NCBI RefSeq assembly: GCF_001194135.2
Contig: NC_068997.1
Span: 30,741,360-30,787,521, forward strand
Reading direction: 5' to 3'
From: Octopus bimaculoides
Taxonomy: Eukaryota
DNA: 46,162 nt
This document shows, one piece after another, positions 24,320 to 36,470 of the stretch (within the stretch, counting starts at the first letter, position 1; every line of letters starts with the position of its first letter). Under the pieces are notes generated by a model, which saw only the letters and a list, made by a program, of their open reading frames with translations, ran no database searches and was not told where the DNA came from. The position numbers were made by a program, and so were the translations under genes.

Positions 24320-25950
24320 CTTAAGTGTTATGGGTCCCCCGATCCCTTATCTGATGATCAGTGTGGAAACTAGGAATAGGTGAGTGACTGGTGAGAGCTG
24401 TAGAAGGGTGCTGTCAATAAGGTGAAGGTTAGAATTGTGTACAGTGATGAATTCCGGGTAGAAATAAGGGTTCACCAAGGATCAGTCCCCAGTCCCCTCT
24501 TATTCATCATAGTCCTCCAGGCAATAACATAGGAATTTAAGACAGGCTGCCCCTGGGAGCTCCTCTATGCTGATGACCTTGCTCTAATAGATGAGTGTGT
24601 AAGTAAGGTCTAGAATCTAACGGCTTCAGAGTCAATCTAGCAAAAACCAAAGTCGGAAGGGGGACAAATCACAAACCCCTTCAAGTAGATGTCCCTGCTC
24701 ATTCTGTAGAAAAGGCACAGGTAGAAAATTCATAAGATGTACCCAGTTTAAGCTATGGACAGATAAGAGGTGCAGCAATATAAAGGAAGGTTGACTGGGA
24801 AGATAGTGTTTGTATGTGGAAGAGGCACAGGAGCAATAAAACCAAAGATGTACATGAAACATTCCATCACATGCCAGGGGGTAAAACTAGAAGTAGTTAA
24901 TAGCTTCCATTACTAGGCGATAAATTCAGTAACGGGGGTAGATGCTCTGAGAGCCTAGCTACGAGGATACGAATATCCTGGGCAAAATTCAGGGAGCTCC
25001 TACCCCTGCTGGTAACAAAAGGCTTCTCACTCAGAATGAAAGGTAGACTGTATGATGTTTGTGTATAAACAGCCATGCTACATGGCAGTGAAACATGAGC
25101 TATGACTGCTGAAGGCAGGTGTATGCTTGAAAGAAAGGAAGCTAGTATACTTCAGTAGATGTGTAATGTCAGTGTGCATATACGACAATGTAAGCACTCT
25201 GAGAGAAAAGTTGGACATAAGAAGCATCTGGTGTGGTGTGCAAGAGAGTTGACTGCACTGGTATGGTCATGTATTGTGTATGGATGAGGACAGCTGCATA
25301 AAGAAGTGACACACTTAACAGTGGAAGAAACTTGCGGAAGAGGTAGACCAAGGATGACATGGGATGAGGTGATGAAGCCTGACCTTCAAACGTTGGGCCT
25401 CACAGCAGCAATGACAAATGACCGAGACCTTTGGAGATATGCTGTGATTATGAAGACCCAGCAAGTCAAGTGAGATCATAGCTATGTCTGATGCTAGTGA
25501 TAACTAGCCCGTTTGAAAGTACCCTTCAATGATTGGGCAATATGTTGTACTTGAGAAGACCTGATGAGTAAAGTGAAATCATAGTTGTGCCCGATACCAG
25601 TGCTGCCTGATTGGCACTCAAGCTAGTGGCATGTAAAAAGCACTACGCATGCATTGTTGATGCCAGATCAACCTAACTGGCTCCCGTGCTGGTGGCACGT
25701 AAAAAATACCATTCAAGCATGGTTGATGCCAGTGCCGCTTGACTGGCCCCCATGCTGGTGGAACGTAAAAATGACCCACTACACACTTGAAGTGGTTGGC
25801 ATTAGGCAGGGCATCTTAGCTGTAGAAACCTTGCGAAATCAGACTGGACCATGGTACAGCCTCCTGGCTTGCCATTCCTCATTTAAACTGTCCAACACAT
25901 ACCTGCATGTAAAGCAGACGTTAAACGATGATGAAGATAATGATGATATT
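24320..25950 (+). mobile_element. RTE-clade LINE 3' half with Cys-rich insert, 3' UTR and (GAT)n tail
   Basis: VHQGS..SPLLFIIVLQAIT; PWELLYADDL; CS.CRKG.G...RCTQ.KLW..KRC; AMLHGSET; RGRP; tail ttaaacgatgatgaagat. Confidence 0.9.
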
Positions 25951-26179
25951 TGAAATGGATGACTGAATGTTTTAAATTGAATACAGAACATCTTACGTTT
26001 CATGTCTTTTTAATCTTAGGACTATTTCCATTTTGTTGATTCATTAAGACCAGAATATTGACAATACATTGTCTCTCACTGCACACTTGTGGTTACTTTC
26101 ATCAATCTCCTTTACTTATATTTCAGAAACAATGTTCCAAGTAAATTTATATAGCCTTGATAAGCATTGGTTGAAATAC

Positions 26180-26480
26180 AAAAAAAGTGCACGCACACAC
26201 GCACACATACACACACACACACGCACACAAACACACACACCACACTTAGATATGTATAGAGTTTACATATAAATGAACACATATACACAGAACAATATAA
26301 GTGTCGACTCACATGTCTATTTAATGCACAAATTTAAAAATACATCCATATGCTTATATGGATATGGATACATGGACACAGACACACACACACACACACA
26401 TATATATGTATATATATGTATATATATATATATGTGTGTATGTGTGTGTGTATGTGTGTGTGTATATGTGTATGCATATA
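26180..26480. repeat. Compound CA/TA/TG microsatellites
   Basis: Direct reading. Confidence 0.85.
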
Positions 26481-26501
26481 TATAACAATTAATTTACAGT
26501 G

Positions 26502-27615
26502 ATTACCAGGATAAGAGATTCCCAATCGATCCTTCCCAATTCTGTGCCGCTACTGGTTCGTTTCGCGCTGACTTCACAGCAGCTTCCCAGTGAAAAATAA
26601 TCTTGTTACAGAATTACGAGAAAAATAATTTATTAAATTTGATTTACAAAGGTATCGTTAATTCCATTATTATCCAATGTAACTAATTTAAGAATGATAA
26701 TAACAGAATCAACGATACAGGCGACCGCAGGACCCAAAATAGCATTAAATAGCCGAGGGATTAAAACTAATCAAAGGACATACTAAGTATGTCTACCTGC
26801 TTGAAATAACAGTCAAAACTCGTTATTAAATCGCCAAAAAAATACACTGGTGATAACTACAGAAATCAAGCAAAGGTAAATTTGGTTAAGACAATCTACT
26901 AACATACATTGAAATATTTGGATTCACGTGGATTATGTTCTGCATTGGCACAATAAGCCCTTGCTTCTTCAGCACGCATTACCAGGATAAGAGATTCCCA
27001 ACCAAATTGTCTTAACCAAATTTGCCTTCGTCTGATTTCTGTAGTTATCACCAGTGTATTTTTTGGCGATATAATAACGAGTTTTGACTGTTATTTCAAG
27101 CAGGTAGAAATACTTAGTATGTCCTTTGATTAATTTTAATCTCTCGGCTATTTAAATGCTATTTTCTGATCTGCTGTCGCCTGTATCGTTAATTCTGTTA
27201 TTATCATTCTTAAATTAGTGACATTGGATAATAATACAATTAATGGTACCTTTGTAAATTAATTTTAATAAATTATTTCTCATAATTCTGTAATGAGATT
27301 ATTTTACACTGGGAAGCTACAGTGATTTCGGCGCGAAACAAATTAGTAGAGGCACAGAATTTGGAAGGATAGGTTGGGTATCTCTTATCCTGGTAATGCG
27401 TGTTGAAGAAGCTAAGGCTTATTGTGCCAATGCAGAAACTAATCCACGTGAATCCAAATATTTGAATGTATGTTAGTAGATTGTCTTAACCGAATTTGCC
27501 TTCGTTTGATTTTTGTAGTTATCACCAGTGTATTTTTTGGCGATTTAATAAAGAAATTTGACTGTTATTTCAAGTAAGTAGACACACATAGTATGTCCTT
27601 TGATTAATTTTAATG
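26502..27615. repeat. ~475-bp unit arranged as one forward copy followed by ~1.3 inverted copies (fold-back)
   Basis: attaccaggataagagattcccaa occurs at 26502 and 26978. 27006-27397 is the reverse complement of 26502-26895, and attgtcttaacc recurs at 27006 and 27480. Confidence 0.85.
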
Positions 27616-27623
27616 TATGTATG

Positions 27624-27655
<32 letters not shown>

Positions 27656-27762
27656 CATATATNNNNNNNNNNNNNNNNNNNNNNNNNNNNNNNNNNNNNN
27701 NNNNNNNNNNNNNNNNNNNNNNNNNNNNNNNNNNNNNNNNNNNNNNNNNNNNNNNNNNNNNN

Positions 27763-28233
27763 CCATCCCTTACACCCACTACACCATACACCACCATACC
27801 ACACAACAAATCACATCACAAGACACCACCAAGTACACACAAGCACTGACCACTTCCCAGCCCCACATTTTCACACCTAGGCATATACACATGCACACGT
27901 CAAGGTCACCAGCCCTCTTCCACACGCATATACATATTCTCTTATTCACACACGCACACTTTTGTTTTAGGTCAACTCTACTGTATTATCTCCCCTTCTT
28001 CCTAGCTCTCTTGTGTGACCCTTCTGTCCGGCATTCGCTATGACAGATCACTAGCCACTACGCATTCTTTATTTTCTCTCCTTGTTTCTTTCTATGTTCC
28101 TTTCTGTGGAAGAGCGTAGGCTTGAAACGTTGAAGATTTTTTACTTCCCAAGCGTTAAACTAATACATCTGTTTGTTGTCTACACCACCTTTCTTCGTCT
28201 TTTGATTTTTTGGTGAATTCTCCCCATATATAT
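27763..28233 (+). repeat. Probable PLE terminal-repeat remnant with hammerhead-like motif at 28100-28135
   Basis: cttt-CTGTGGAA-gagc-gtag-gctt-GAAA-CGTT-gaag; homologous to 1210-1395; ends at (TA)n. Confidence 0.45.
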
Positions 28234-29260
28234 NNNNNNNNNNNNNNNNNNNNNNNNNNNNNNNNNNNNNNNNNNNNNNNNNNNNNNNNNNNNNNNNNNN
28301 NNNNNNNNNNNNNNNNNNNNNNNNNNNNNNNNNNNNNNNNNNNNNNNNNNNNNNNNNNNNNNNNNNNNNNNNNNNNNNNNNNNNNNNNNNNNNNNNNNNN
28401 NNNNNNNNNNNNNNNNNNNNNNNNNNNNNNNNNNNNNNNNNNNNNNNNNNNNNNNNNNNNNNNNNNNNNNNNNNNNNNNNNNNNNNNNNNNNNNNNNNNN
28501 NNNNNNNNNNNNNNNNNNNNNNNNNNNNNNNNNNNNNNNNNNNNNNNNNNNNNNNNNNNNNNNNNNNNNNNNNNNNNNNNNNNNNNNNNNNNNNNNNNNN
28601 NNNNNNNNNNNNNNNNNNNNNNNNNNNNNNNNNNNNNNNNNNNNNNNNNNNNNNNNNNNNNNNNNNNNNNNNNNNNNNNNNNNNNNNNNNNNNNNNNNNN
28701 NNNNNNNNNNNNNNNNNNNNNNNNNNNNNNNNNNNNNNNNNNNNNNNNNNNNNNNNNNNNNNNNNNNNNNNNNNNNNNNNNNNNNNNNNNNNNNNNNNNN
28801 NNNNNNNNNNNNNNNNNNNNNNNNNNNNNNNNNNNNNNNNNNNNNNNNNNNNNNNNNNNNNNNNNNNNNNNNNNNNNNNNNNNNNNNNNNNNNNNNNNNN
28901 NNNNNNNNNNNNNNNNNNNNNNNNNNNNNNNNNNNNNNNNNNNNNNNNNNNNNNNNNNNNNNNNNNNNNNNNNNNNNNNNNNNNNNNNNNNNNNNNNNNN
29001 NNNNNNNNNNNNNNNNNNNNNNNNNNNNNNNNNNNNNNNNNNNNNNNNNNNNNNNNNNNNNNNNNNNNNNNNNNNNNNNNNNNNNNNNNNNNNNNNNAAA
29101 TGATAAATACACTAAAAAAACTTAATTTAATTTTAATTTTGATAAATTAATTTAATTGTGAAACTTAATTTAATTTTAATTTTGGTAAATTAAATTAAAT
29201 TGAGTTTTAACCTGTAAATTTGGATTTTTATCCCTAATATTATTATCATAATTATTATAA

Positions 29261-29299
<39 letters not shown>

Positions 29300-30315
29300 G
29301 AAATATGTAACGTTGAAATCACTTGAAAATACTTATAGACATAATAGCATAGTGACTGAAAGAACATGCAGCTGATGATTTTCACAATTCACAAACAAGG
29401 ACTACAGCCTGCAGGATGAGTAAAAAAAAGGAAGCCTAAGAGAGTTGAATGCTAATGCACTGGAAGTCACTGTTGCAGCAAACCCAACTATTACAGTTCA
29501 GGAACTAGACATAAGCTACAACATAAGCCATAGCACCATTCATCGTGAATTGAAAAGTCTTGATAAATGTCAAAAGTTGCAAAATGGGTCTTGCGTGAGC
29601 TCTCTGCAGACAATTGCAAACAACATGTTGATTGTTGTGCATCATTTTGATCTCATGAGTGGCAAATGCCTTTATTGAATAGAGACATTACTGGAGATGA
29701 GAAATAGATAATTTGCCATAATGTTAAGTGAAAACATCGGTGGGTCATTCATGGTGAAGATTCAACTCAGCAGCCCAGAAGTGGCTGGCATCCAAGGAAG
29801 GTTCTTCTGAAATTATGGTAGGATATGCATGGAATAATTCATTCCAAGTTGCTACAGGATAACCGAACAATAACGATCAATCTATACTGCCAAAAGCTAA
29901 CATGTCTGAAAGCAGCAATGCATAAAAAACGCCCATCATTAATGATCAAAAATGAAGTCATCCTTCATCATTATAATCCTAACACTGCAAAAATGGCCAA
30001 AGAAGTTTGAAAGAAATAGACCTGGGAAATTATGCATCACTCACTTAATTCTTCTGATCTCATACCGACAGATTATCATCTCTTTAAGAGTTTACAAAAC
30101 CATTTGAGTGGATTAAAACTTAATTGAAAAGCAGAAGCCGTAATTTCCTTTTTCCTTTCTAAAACTAAGGATTTTCTGAACCCGGCATAAAAAAACAAAT
30201 GGAAAGTGGTCACAGAGGAGAATAGTAACTATATTATTGATTAAAGAAACACGATAGTTTTTTTATTCTTTTACTGAACCTTAAAAATCAGACAGAACTT
30301 TGTTACAACCTGATA
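29300..30315 (+). mobile_element. Second mariner remnant with 3' TIR-like end
   Basis: VTERTC; ELNANALEVTVAANP; ITGDEK; HPRKVLL; TDYHLFKSLQNHL; terminal aaaatcagacagaactttgttacaacctgaTA. Confidence 0.85.
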
Positions 30316-31324
30316 TTGTCTACTTATGTATAATATTGAATATAAATATACAGTTTATAGTCATGATGCTGCTGTTTTTAGCTAAGAGAAAATCACCTTA
30401 GATATGCTTTATTTAAAACACATATAGGAAAGAGACCAAAATTCCTCCTGGCAGTAACTCAAAATTATTGTCAATTATGTTTACTTGTGCTGCATACGGA
30501 GACAAAAATCTGTCCCCTCCAACTTATGGGAACCAGTAAAAAACACATTCGCTGATATTTCAAATAACTACTGGGCTAAATAAATATTCACTGAATGCAA
30601 TTGAAACAGAATGAAATTAAAATAACCATTTATGCAGTATAATAAATGTATGTACATAATTCACAGGCAGGAGTTAAGCCTTGTCATGACTGAGTGTAAT
30701 AATAAATGTGTGAAATTAATGGTTATCAAAGAAAAAGTCTAAGTAATTAACAATCAATAAGAATATGTAAATTATATTTTATTATTTGTTCAGGAGAAGA
30801 GCAAAAACAAAGCAATGTGTAAATCACTTATAGATAGTACCACCCAGATTGGGATGGAAGATGATGTTGTGTTCAGATTCCCAAACATTAATAATGATTG
30901 CTTTGTGGGATATTTGAAAGTAAAATAACAAATAACAGCAATTATAAGACTGCAGGTTAATCTTCAATATTAAATAAGGAAGGGTAACTGATGCTGGTTT
31001 AACCCCAAATATTTTGGTTGGGTTATTATTAATGCTGGTGAGTATTCTTTCTTATTTCAAGTAAAAAGTAATAATCATGTTCTTGGAGAAATCAATTCAT
31101 AATATTCATTGCCAAATATCAAAAATATTTCATAACAATCTATATGTATCACACTGACTGAACAATGACAATAAAACTTGTTTATAATATAGATAACATA
31201 AGATAGGATTACAGTTTTAATGTTCGGATATAAGTAAAGGCAATTGATAAAAGTCATCACTATACTAAAGGGAAAATAATTTTATTTTAATACATTGCCC
31301 CTAATAAACACTCGTTGCCATGGT

Positions 31325-31600
31325 TAATGTCAGTACTGCATGACTGGCTTCCATGCCAGTGGTATGTGAAAAGCACCATTCGAAAATGGTCGATGCCAGT
31401 GCCACCTGACTGGCCCCTGTGCCAGTGGCATGTAAAAAACACCCACTACACTCTTGGAGCGGTTGGTGTTAAGAAGGGCATCCAGATGTAGAAACCTTGC
31501 AAGATCAGATTGGAGCCTGGTGTAGCATCCTAGCTTGTTAGTCCTCAAACTGTCCAACCCATGCCAGCTTGGAAAGTGGACATTAAACAGTGATGATGGG
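31325..31600 (+). mobile_element. RTE LINE 3' UTR fragment
   Basis: Matches 25640-25930 (gatgccagtgcc.c.tgactggccc..aaaaa.cacccactacac..ctgtccaac..taaac.gtgatgatg). Confidence 0.8.
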
Positions 31601-31719
31601 GATTAGGCAAAATATTTTTATTGAATGATATTACACAGTATGAGAACCAATTTGAGGTAGAAAAGTACAATATTTTTATGAAATCAGTAAGTTTGATGCT
31701 AAAGAGCAGTAATGCTTAC

Positions 31720-31799
31720 CATTCCATAAGCTTTTGTTGTCTGTGCTCTAGACCCCTTCTTATCTTTAGTTTATACATCATATTAAATGATAATTTCTT
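31720..31799 (-). CDS. Candidate host exon (KKLSFNMMYKLKIRRGLEHRQQKLME), phase 0-2
   Basis: Acceptor ttgttcttgtcaag| and donor GAATG|gtaagc; compatible with the upstream exon if it ends at 32009. Confidence 0.35.
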
Positions 31800-32008
31800 C
31801 TTGACAAGAACAATTTTCAAGTAACTATTTCTATGGATAAGATCAAAATTGGTACCTCAAATCTGGGAAATACTCATCGGTTCAGCAATTACACAAGCAT
31901 ACAGTGTTTAGTATCTATTTACAGTAATGTAGACAAGGGAAATTATTAAGTTAAATGCCTTTACCACAGACAAAGTACAATGTTAATGACAACATATAAA
32001 ACACTGAC

Positions 32009-32231
32009 ATTCCAGAAACTTTCAAAGTATTTTTTATTACCTTTGAACACAGCCTTCTTGATTGCCACATCAAAGTGTTCAGTTGACTGTATATCGTAGA
32101 CAGTTAACAAGTTTAGTTGTTTCAGGGATTTAATCACATCATTAAACAGCTCATTTATCTCGTCTATTTTCAAATTTTTTTTGAATTTATGAACAATTTC
32201 ATTTCTCATGTCATCTCTCAGTTTCTCTATT
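32009..32231 (-). CDS. Host gene exon, unknown product (IEKLRDDMRNEIVHKFKKNLKIDEINELFNDVIKSLKQ..KAVFKGNKKYFESFWN); alternative donor at 32041
   Basis: Acceptor taatttgtctttctag|; donors AAAG|gtaata (32041) or AAT|gtcagt (32009). The frame is open with helical, protein-like composition in AT-rich DNA and is in phase with the 32346-32492 exon. Confidence 0.55.
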
Positions 32232-32345
32232 CTAGAAAGACAAATTATTTCAACTTTTTATAGTGATGGAAGAAAGTTGCATATAATGAATAATGTAAGG
32301 TCTACACTGATGTCACAAACAAGATATGTTAACTAGACTTCTTAC

Positions 32346-32492
32346 CTTGGTGCCCTAATGAGAAATAATGTTATCCAGGCTACACTAATAGTAAAACAGA
32401 TAACAAATGATGTTTCCTGAGGGACCTCACTCTTGATAGAACAGAGCTTAATCAAAGGAGTAAGGGTACCATCCATAATCTTTACAGGACGT
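32346..32492 (-). CDS. Host gene exon with putative transmembrane segment (RPVKIMDGTLTPLIKLCSIKSEVPQETSFVICFTISVAWITLFLIRAP), phase 2-2
   Basis: Acceptor tcatgtcttttcctcaccaatctcag| and donor CCAAG|gtaaga. Single open frame; a 114-bp intron joins it in frame to the next exon. Confidence 0.6.
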
Positions 32493-32609
32493 CTGAGATT
32501 GGTGAGGAAAAGACATGAATAAACCACAATTCAGAGATTGTTGCTAATCAATTCTTAGATCTTGTAAATAGTTAACCTAGAAGTCATAGTGTGGGTAGGC
32601 CTGACAAGA

Positions 32610-35600
32610 AATAGGGAGTTCAGGGGTGAGAGTGATTGGCTGGAGTAAGATACAGACAAATGGATGTTGTTCTAATGAAGGAGTCTAGCAGAGGAGAGGA
32701 GAGCATGGCTTAATCAAGATAATGAGAAAAAGGAAGTGGTTCTATGTATGGAGTCTAGCAGAGCAGAGAGAGAAAATATATAGAGAGGAAAAATATAGAG
32801 GAAGAATATAGAGAGGAAAAACAAGTGGTTCTAAGACAAAAGTCTTACAAAGAAGAAAGAAAACATAGCTGGAGGATGATAATGGGAAAAGGAAATGGAT
32901 CTAAGGATGGCGCGTTTAAGGTAGGGGTGAGATAGCATGGCTGAAGGAATATAGACAGAAGTGAAAGTGAAAGTGGTTATGAAGTTGAAGTCTAGCAGAA
33001 GGGAGCGAAAGCATGGCTGGAGAAATATAATGAGAAAAAGAAGTTATGAGAATGGAGTCTAGCAGAGAGGTGAGAGTGGATGACTGGAGGATAGTAATGA
33101 GAAAAAGAAGTCGTTCTGAGGATGGGGTGTAGCAGAGAAGCAAGAGAATGTTGCTGGAGGAAGATAGAGACCAATGGGAGTGGTTCTGAGGATGGAGTTG
33201 AGAAGTGAGATGATACAGCATGGATGGAGGGGAATAATGAAGAAAGAATGTGATTCTAAGATGGAGTCTAGCAGAAGGGAGAAGGAGTGTCACTGGAGGA
33301 AAATGGAGAAGAATAAAAGTGGTTCTAAGGAAAGTGTCCAATTGAGGTGGGGTGGATATAGCATGGATGGAGGAAGAGAAAGAAGAATAGAAGAGGTTCT
33401 AAAGATGGAGTTTAGAAGAAGGGAGGGAAAGAGAGAGAGAGAGGGAGGGAGAGAGAGAGAGAGAGCAGGCTAGAGGAACAGAATGTGTAACGAATGTGGT
33501 TTTAAGCAATGGAGTCTATCAGAAGAAAGATGATCATAGCTGGAGGAAGATAATGAGGAATGGAAGTACTTCTTGGAGGTGGAGAAGAGTGAAAGTAATG
33601 AAAGTTAAAGGAAGGAAGAAAGAAATGCAATGCTTCTCAGGAAGAATCCAGCAGTGGGGAAAGGGAGCATGGTGAATGGACGATTATGAGGAAAGTCAGT
33701 GATTCTAAGGAGCCGAGCAGTCAGAAGTGAACAATGCTGGAGGGAAAAAAGGAGCAGAAGATGTGGTTCTAGGGATGGGGTATAGCAGAACGAAGAAAGA
33801 GAACACAACTGGAGGATGATAAAAGGAAAATGGAAGTGCTACTAAATTAGGAGTCTAGCAGAGGGGAGAGGGTGCCTGTCTTTGAGAAATATGAAGGAAA
33901 GAAGTGGTTCTTAGGATGAAGTGTAGCAGAGGGGAGAAAGAGATTTTCTAGTGGGATATGTTCTTGATAAGAAGTGGTTGTTGAAATATAGAGATAAATG
34001 GCATTGGTTTTAAGGATATAGACAAACAGACAGGATAGGATACATGTCTGGAGGAAGATAATGAAGAAATGAAGTGGTTCTAAGATGAGAGGAGTGAGAA
34101 TTTGCCTGGAGGAATATAGAGATGTATGAAAGAGATTCTTAGAATAGAGTCTACAGAAGGGAAAATGTGCATTACTGGAGGAAGATAGGGAGGATAGTAA
34201 GTACTTCTATGGATGGATTCGTGCAGAGGGAGCAAACAGGAAAAATACCTTGTGGAAAGGAATTGGTTCTAATTATGGTGTGTAACTGAGGGGAGATGTG
34301 CATGGCTGGAAGAAGACAATGAATAATGCAAGTGCTTCTTGGAGTGGGGAAAAAAGGTGAAAGCAATAAAAGTTGGAGGAGAGAGAGAGAGGGGGGAGAG
34401 AGAGAGAGATCATGGTTGGAGGAATATGTTGAGGTAAAGAAGTGTTTCTAACAGATGGCATTTAGAAAGGGACAGGGAACATGGCTGGAGGAAGTAATAA
34501 GAAAAGGATGTTCTGGAAGGTGGCAGAATGGAAAAAATAATGAACGTTGGCGGAAGATATTGAGAGAAAGAAGTGTTTCTAAGGATGGAGTCTTGAAGAG
34601 GGGTGAGAGAGAGCATGAGTGAAGAAATATAGAGGGAAATTTAATTAGTTCCAATGATGAAGTCCAGCAGAGAGGAGACAACATATTGGCAGGAATATTT
34701 TGAACAAAGGAAGTGTTTCTGTGGATTAAGTCTAGCATAGGGGTGAGAGAGCATGGCTGGAAGAAGATACAGGGAAATGGTATTGGTTTATGGAGTTTAT
34801 CAGAGGGAACAGAGATCCTGGCTGTAGGAATATAATGAGGAAAGGAAATGGTTCTTTGGATAGTGTTTAGCAGAGGGGAGAGAAAACGTGGCCGGAGGAA
34901 GATAGTAAATAAAGGTAGTGGTTCTAAAGAAGGAGCCTAGCAGATTGGCTAGAGAGAGCATGGCTTGAGGGATACAATGGGAAAAGGAAATAGTTCTGGA
35001 AGGTGGCAGAATGGTGAAGAGAACAAAGGAAAAAAAAAACGAGAAAGAAAAGAACGAGGAAAGGAATTGCTTCCAGAAAATAGTCTGCCATAGTCTGCAT
35101 GGCTGGAGGATGATAGAGAGAAACCAAAGTGGTTGTAAGGATGCAGTTGAGCAGAAGGGAGAGCATGGCTGATATATCATAGAAAGAAATGGAAGTAGTT
35201 CAAATGTTGGAGTTTAGCAGAGAGGGGAGAGAGATCATGCCAGGAGGAATATAATGAGGAAAGGAAGTGTTTCAAGGGATACAGTTTATCAGAAACACAA
35301 AAGAACATGGCTTGAGGAAAATAGGGAAGGAAGCAAGTCGTTCTATGGATGGAGTCTAGCAGAGCAAAGAGACTTCATGACTGGAGAAAGAAAATAAGGA
35401 ATGGAAGTAGTTCTAAGGATGGAGTCTAACAAAGGGGAGAGAGAAAGAGCATTGGTGGAGGAATTTAATGATGGAAAGAAGTGATTATAATGATACAGTT
35501 TATGAGAGGGGGCAAAAGCATGTCTAGAGAACAAAAATAAGGAAACGAAGTGGTTCTTAGGATTGCATTTAGCAGAGGGATGAGAGATCATGCTTAGAGG

Positions 35601-36470
35601 AGGATAATAGAGCAAGAAAGTGGTTGTAAGGATGGAGTTTAGCAGAAGGGAGAGAGAGCAAAGCCTGGAGGAATGCAATGAAAAAAGAATGTGGTTCTAA
35701 AGATCGAGTCTAGAAAGGGGACAGTGAGGATGGCTGGAGGAAATAAAGAGGAAAGGAAGTGGTTATCGTTGGGGAGGCAAGTTGAAAGTAATGGAAGTTT
35801 AAGTAAAATAATGGGGCAAGTTAGTGGTTCTAAGCTTTGACTCTTGCAGAGTAGAGAATGAGCGTGCCTGGGAAGATAGTGGAATTGGAAGTGATTCTAC
35901 TATTGGGGTCTAACAGAGCAGAGAGAGAGAACATAGTCGGAGGAAGGTAATTGGGAAAGGAACAGGTTCTTTCTATAGAAATTAGCAGATGAGAGAGGGA
36001 ATATACTTGGAGGAAGATAATGATGAAAAGAACTGCTTCTAAGGATTTCATTTAGCAATGGGGACAAAAGGGTATGTCTGGAGAAGATAGAGGGAAATGG
36101 AAGTGGTTCTAATGAACGAGTCTAGCAGAATGGTGAACGAGTCTAGCATTGCTGAAGGAAAATAACGAGGAAAGGACGGGCTCTAACAGAGGGGAGAGAG
36201 AGAGCATAACTTGAGGATGATAATAAGGAAAAGAAGTGAGTTATGAATGGGGGAAGAAATGTGAAATTAGTGGAAGTTAGTGGAATAAAATAAGGAAAGG
36301 AAAATGTTCTAAGGATAGATTCTAGCAGAGGGGAGTTAGGGAATGACTGAAGTAAGATAATGATACATTGAAATGGTTCTAATATTTGTGTTGAGTAGGG
36401 AAGAGAGAGAGAGCATGGTTGGAGGAAGATAATGAGGAAAAGAAGTGTTTCTGAGAAGTACTGGAATGGA
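32610..36470 (+). repeat. Degenerate purine-rich tandem array, unit ~67-72 bp, roughly 55 copies
   Basis: Eyeballed consensus GGAGGAAGATAATGAGAAAAAGGAAGTGGTTCTAAGGATGGAGTCTAGCAGAGGGGAGAGAGAGCATGGCT; AGTCTAGCA anchors e.g. at 32682/32752 and 32989/33056. Confidence 0.9.

Noticed and set aside
30794-30919. Plus-strand open frame EKSKNK..CFVGYLK with AG/GT boundaries
   Set aside because: It lies inside repeated block B, and the homologous frame in block A is interrupted; ambiguous.
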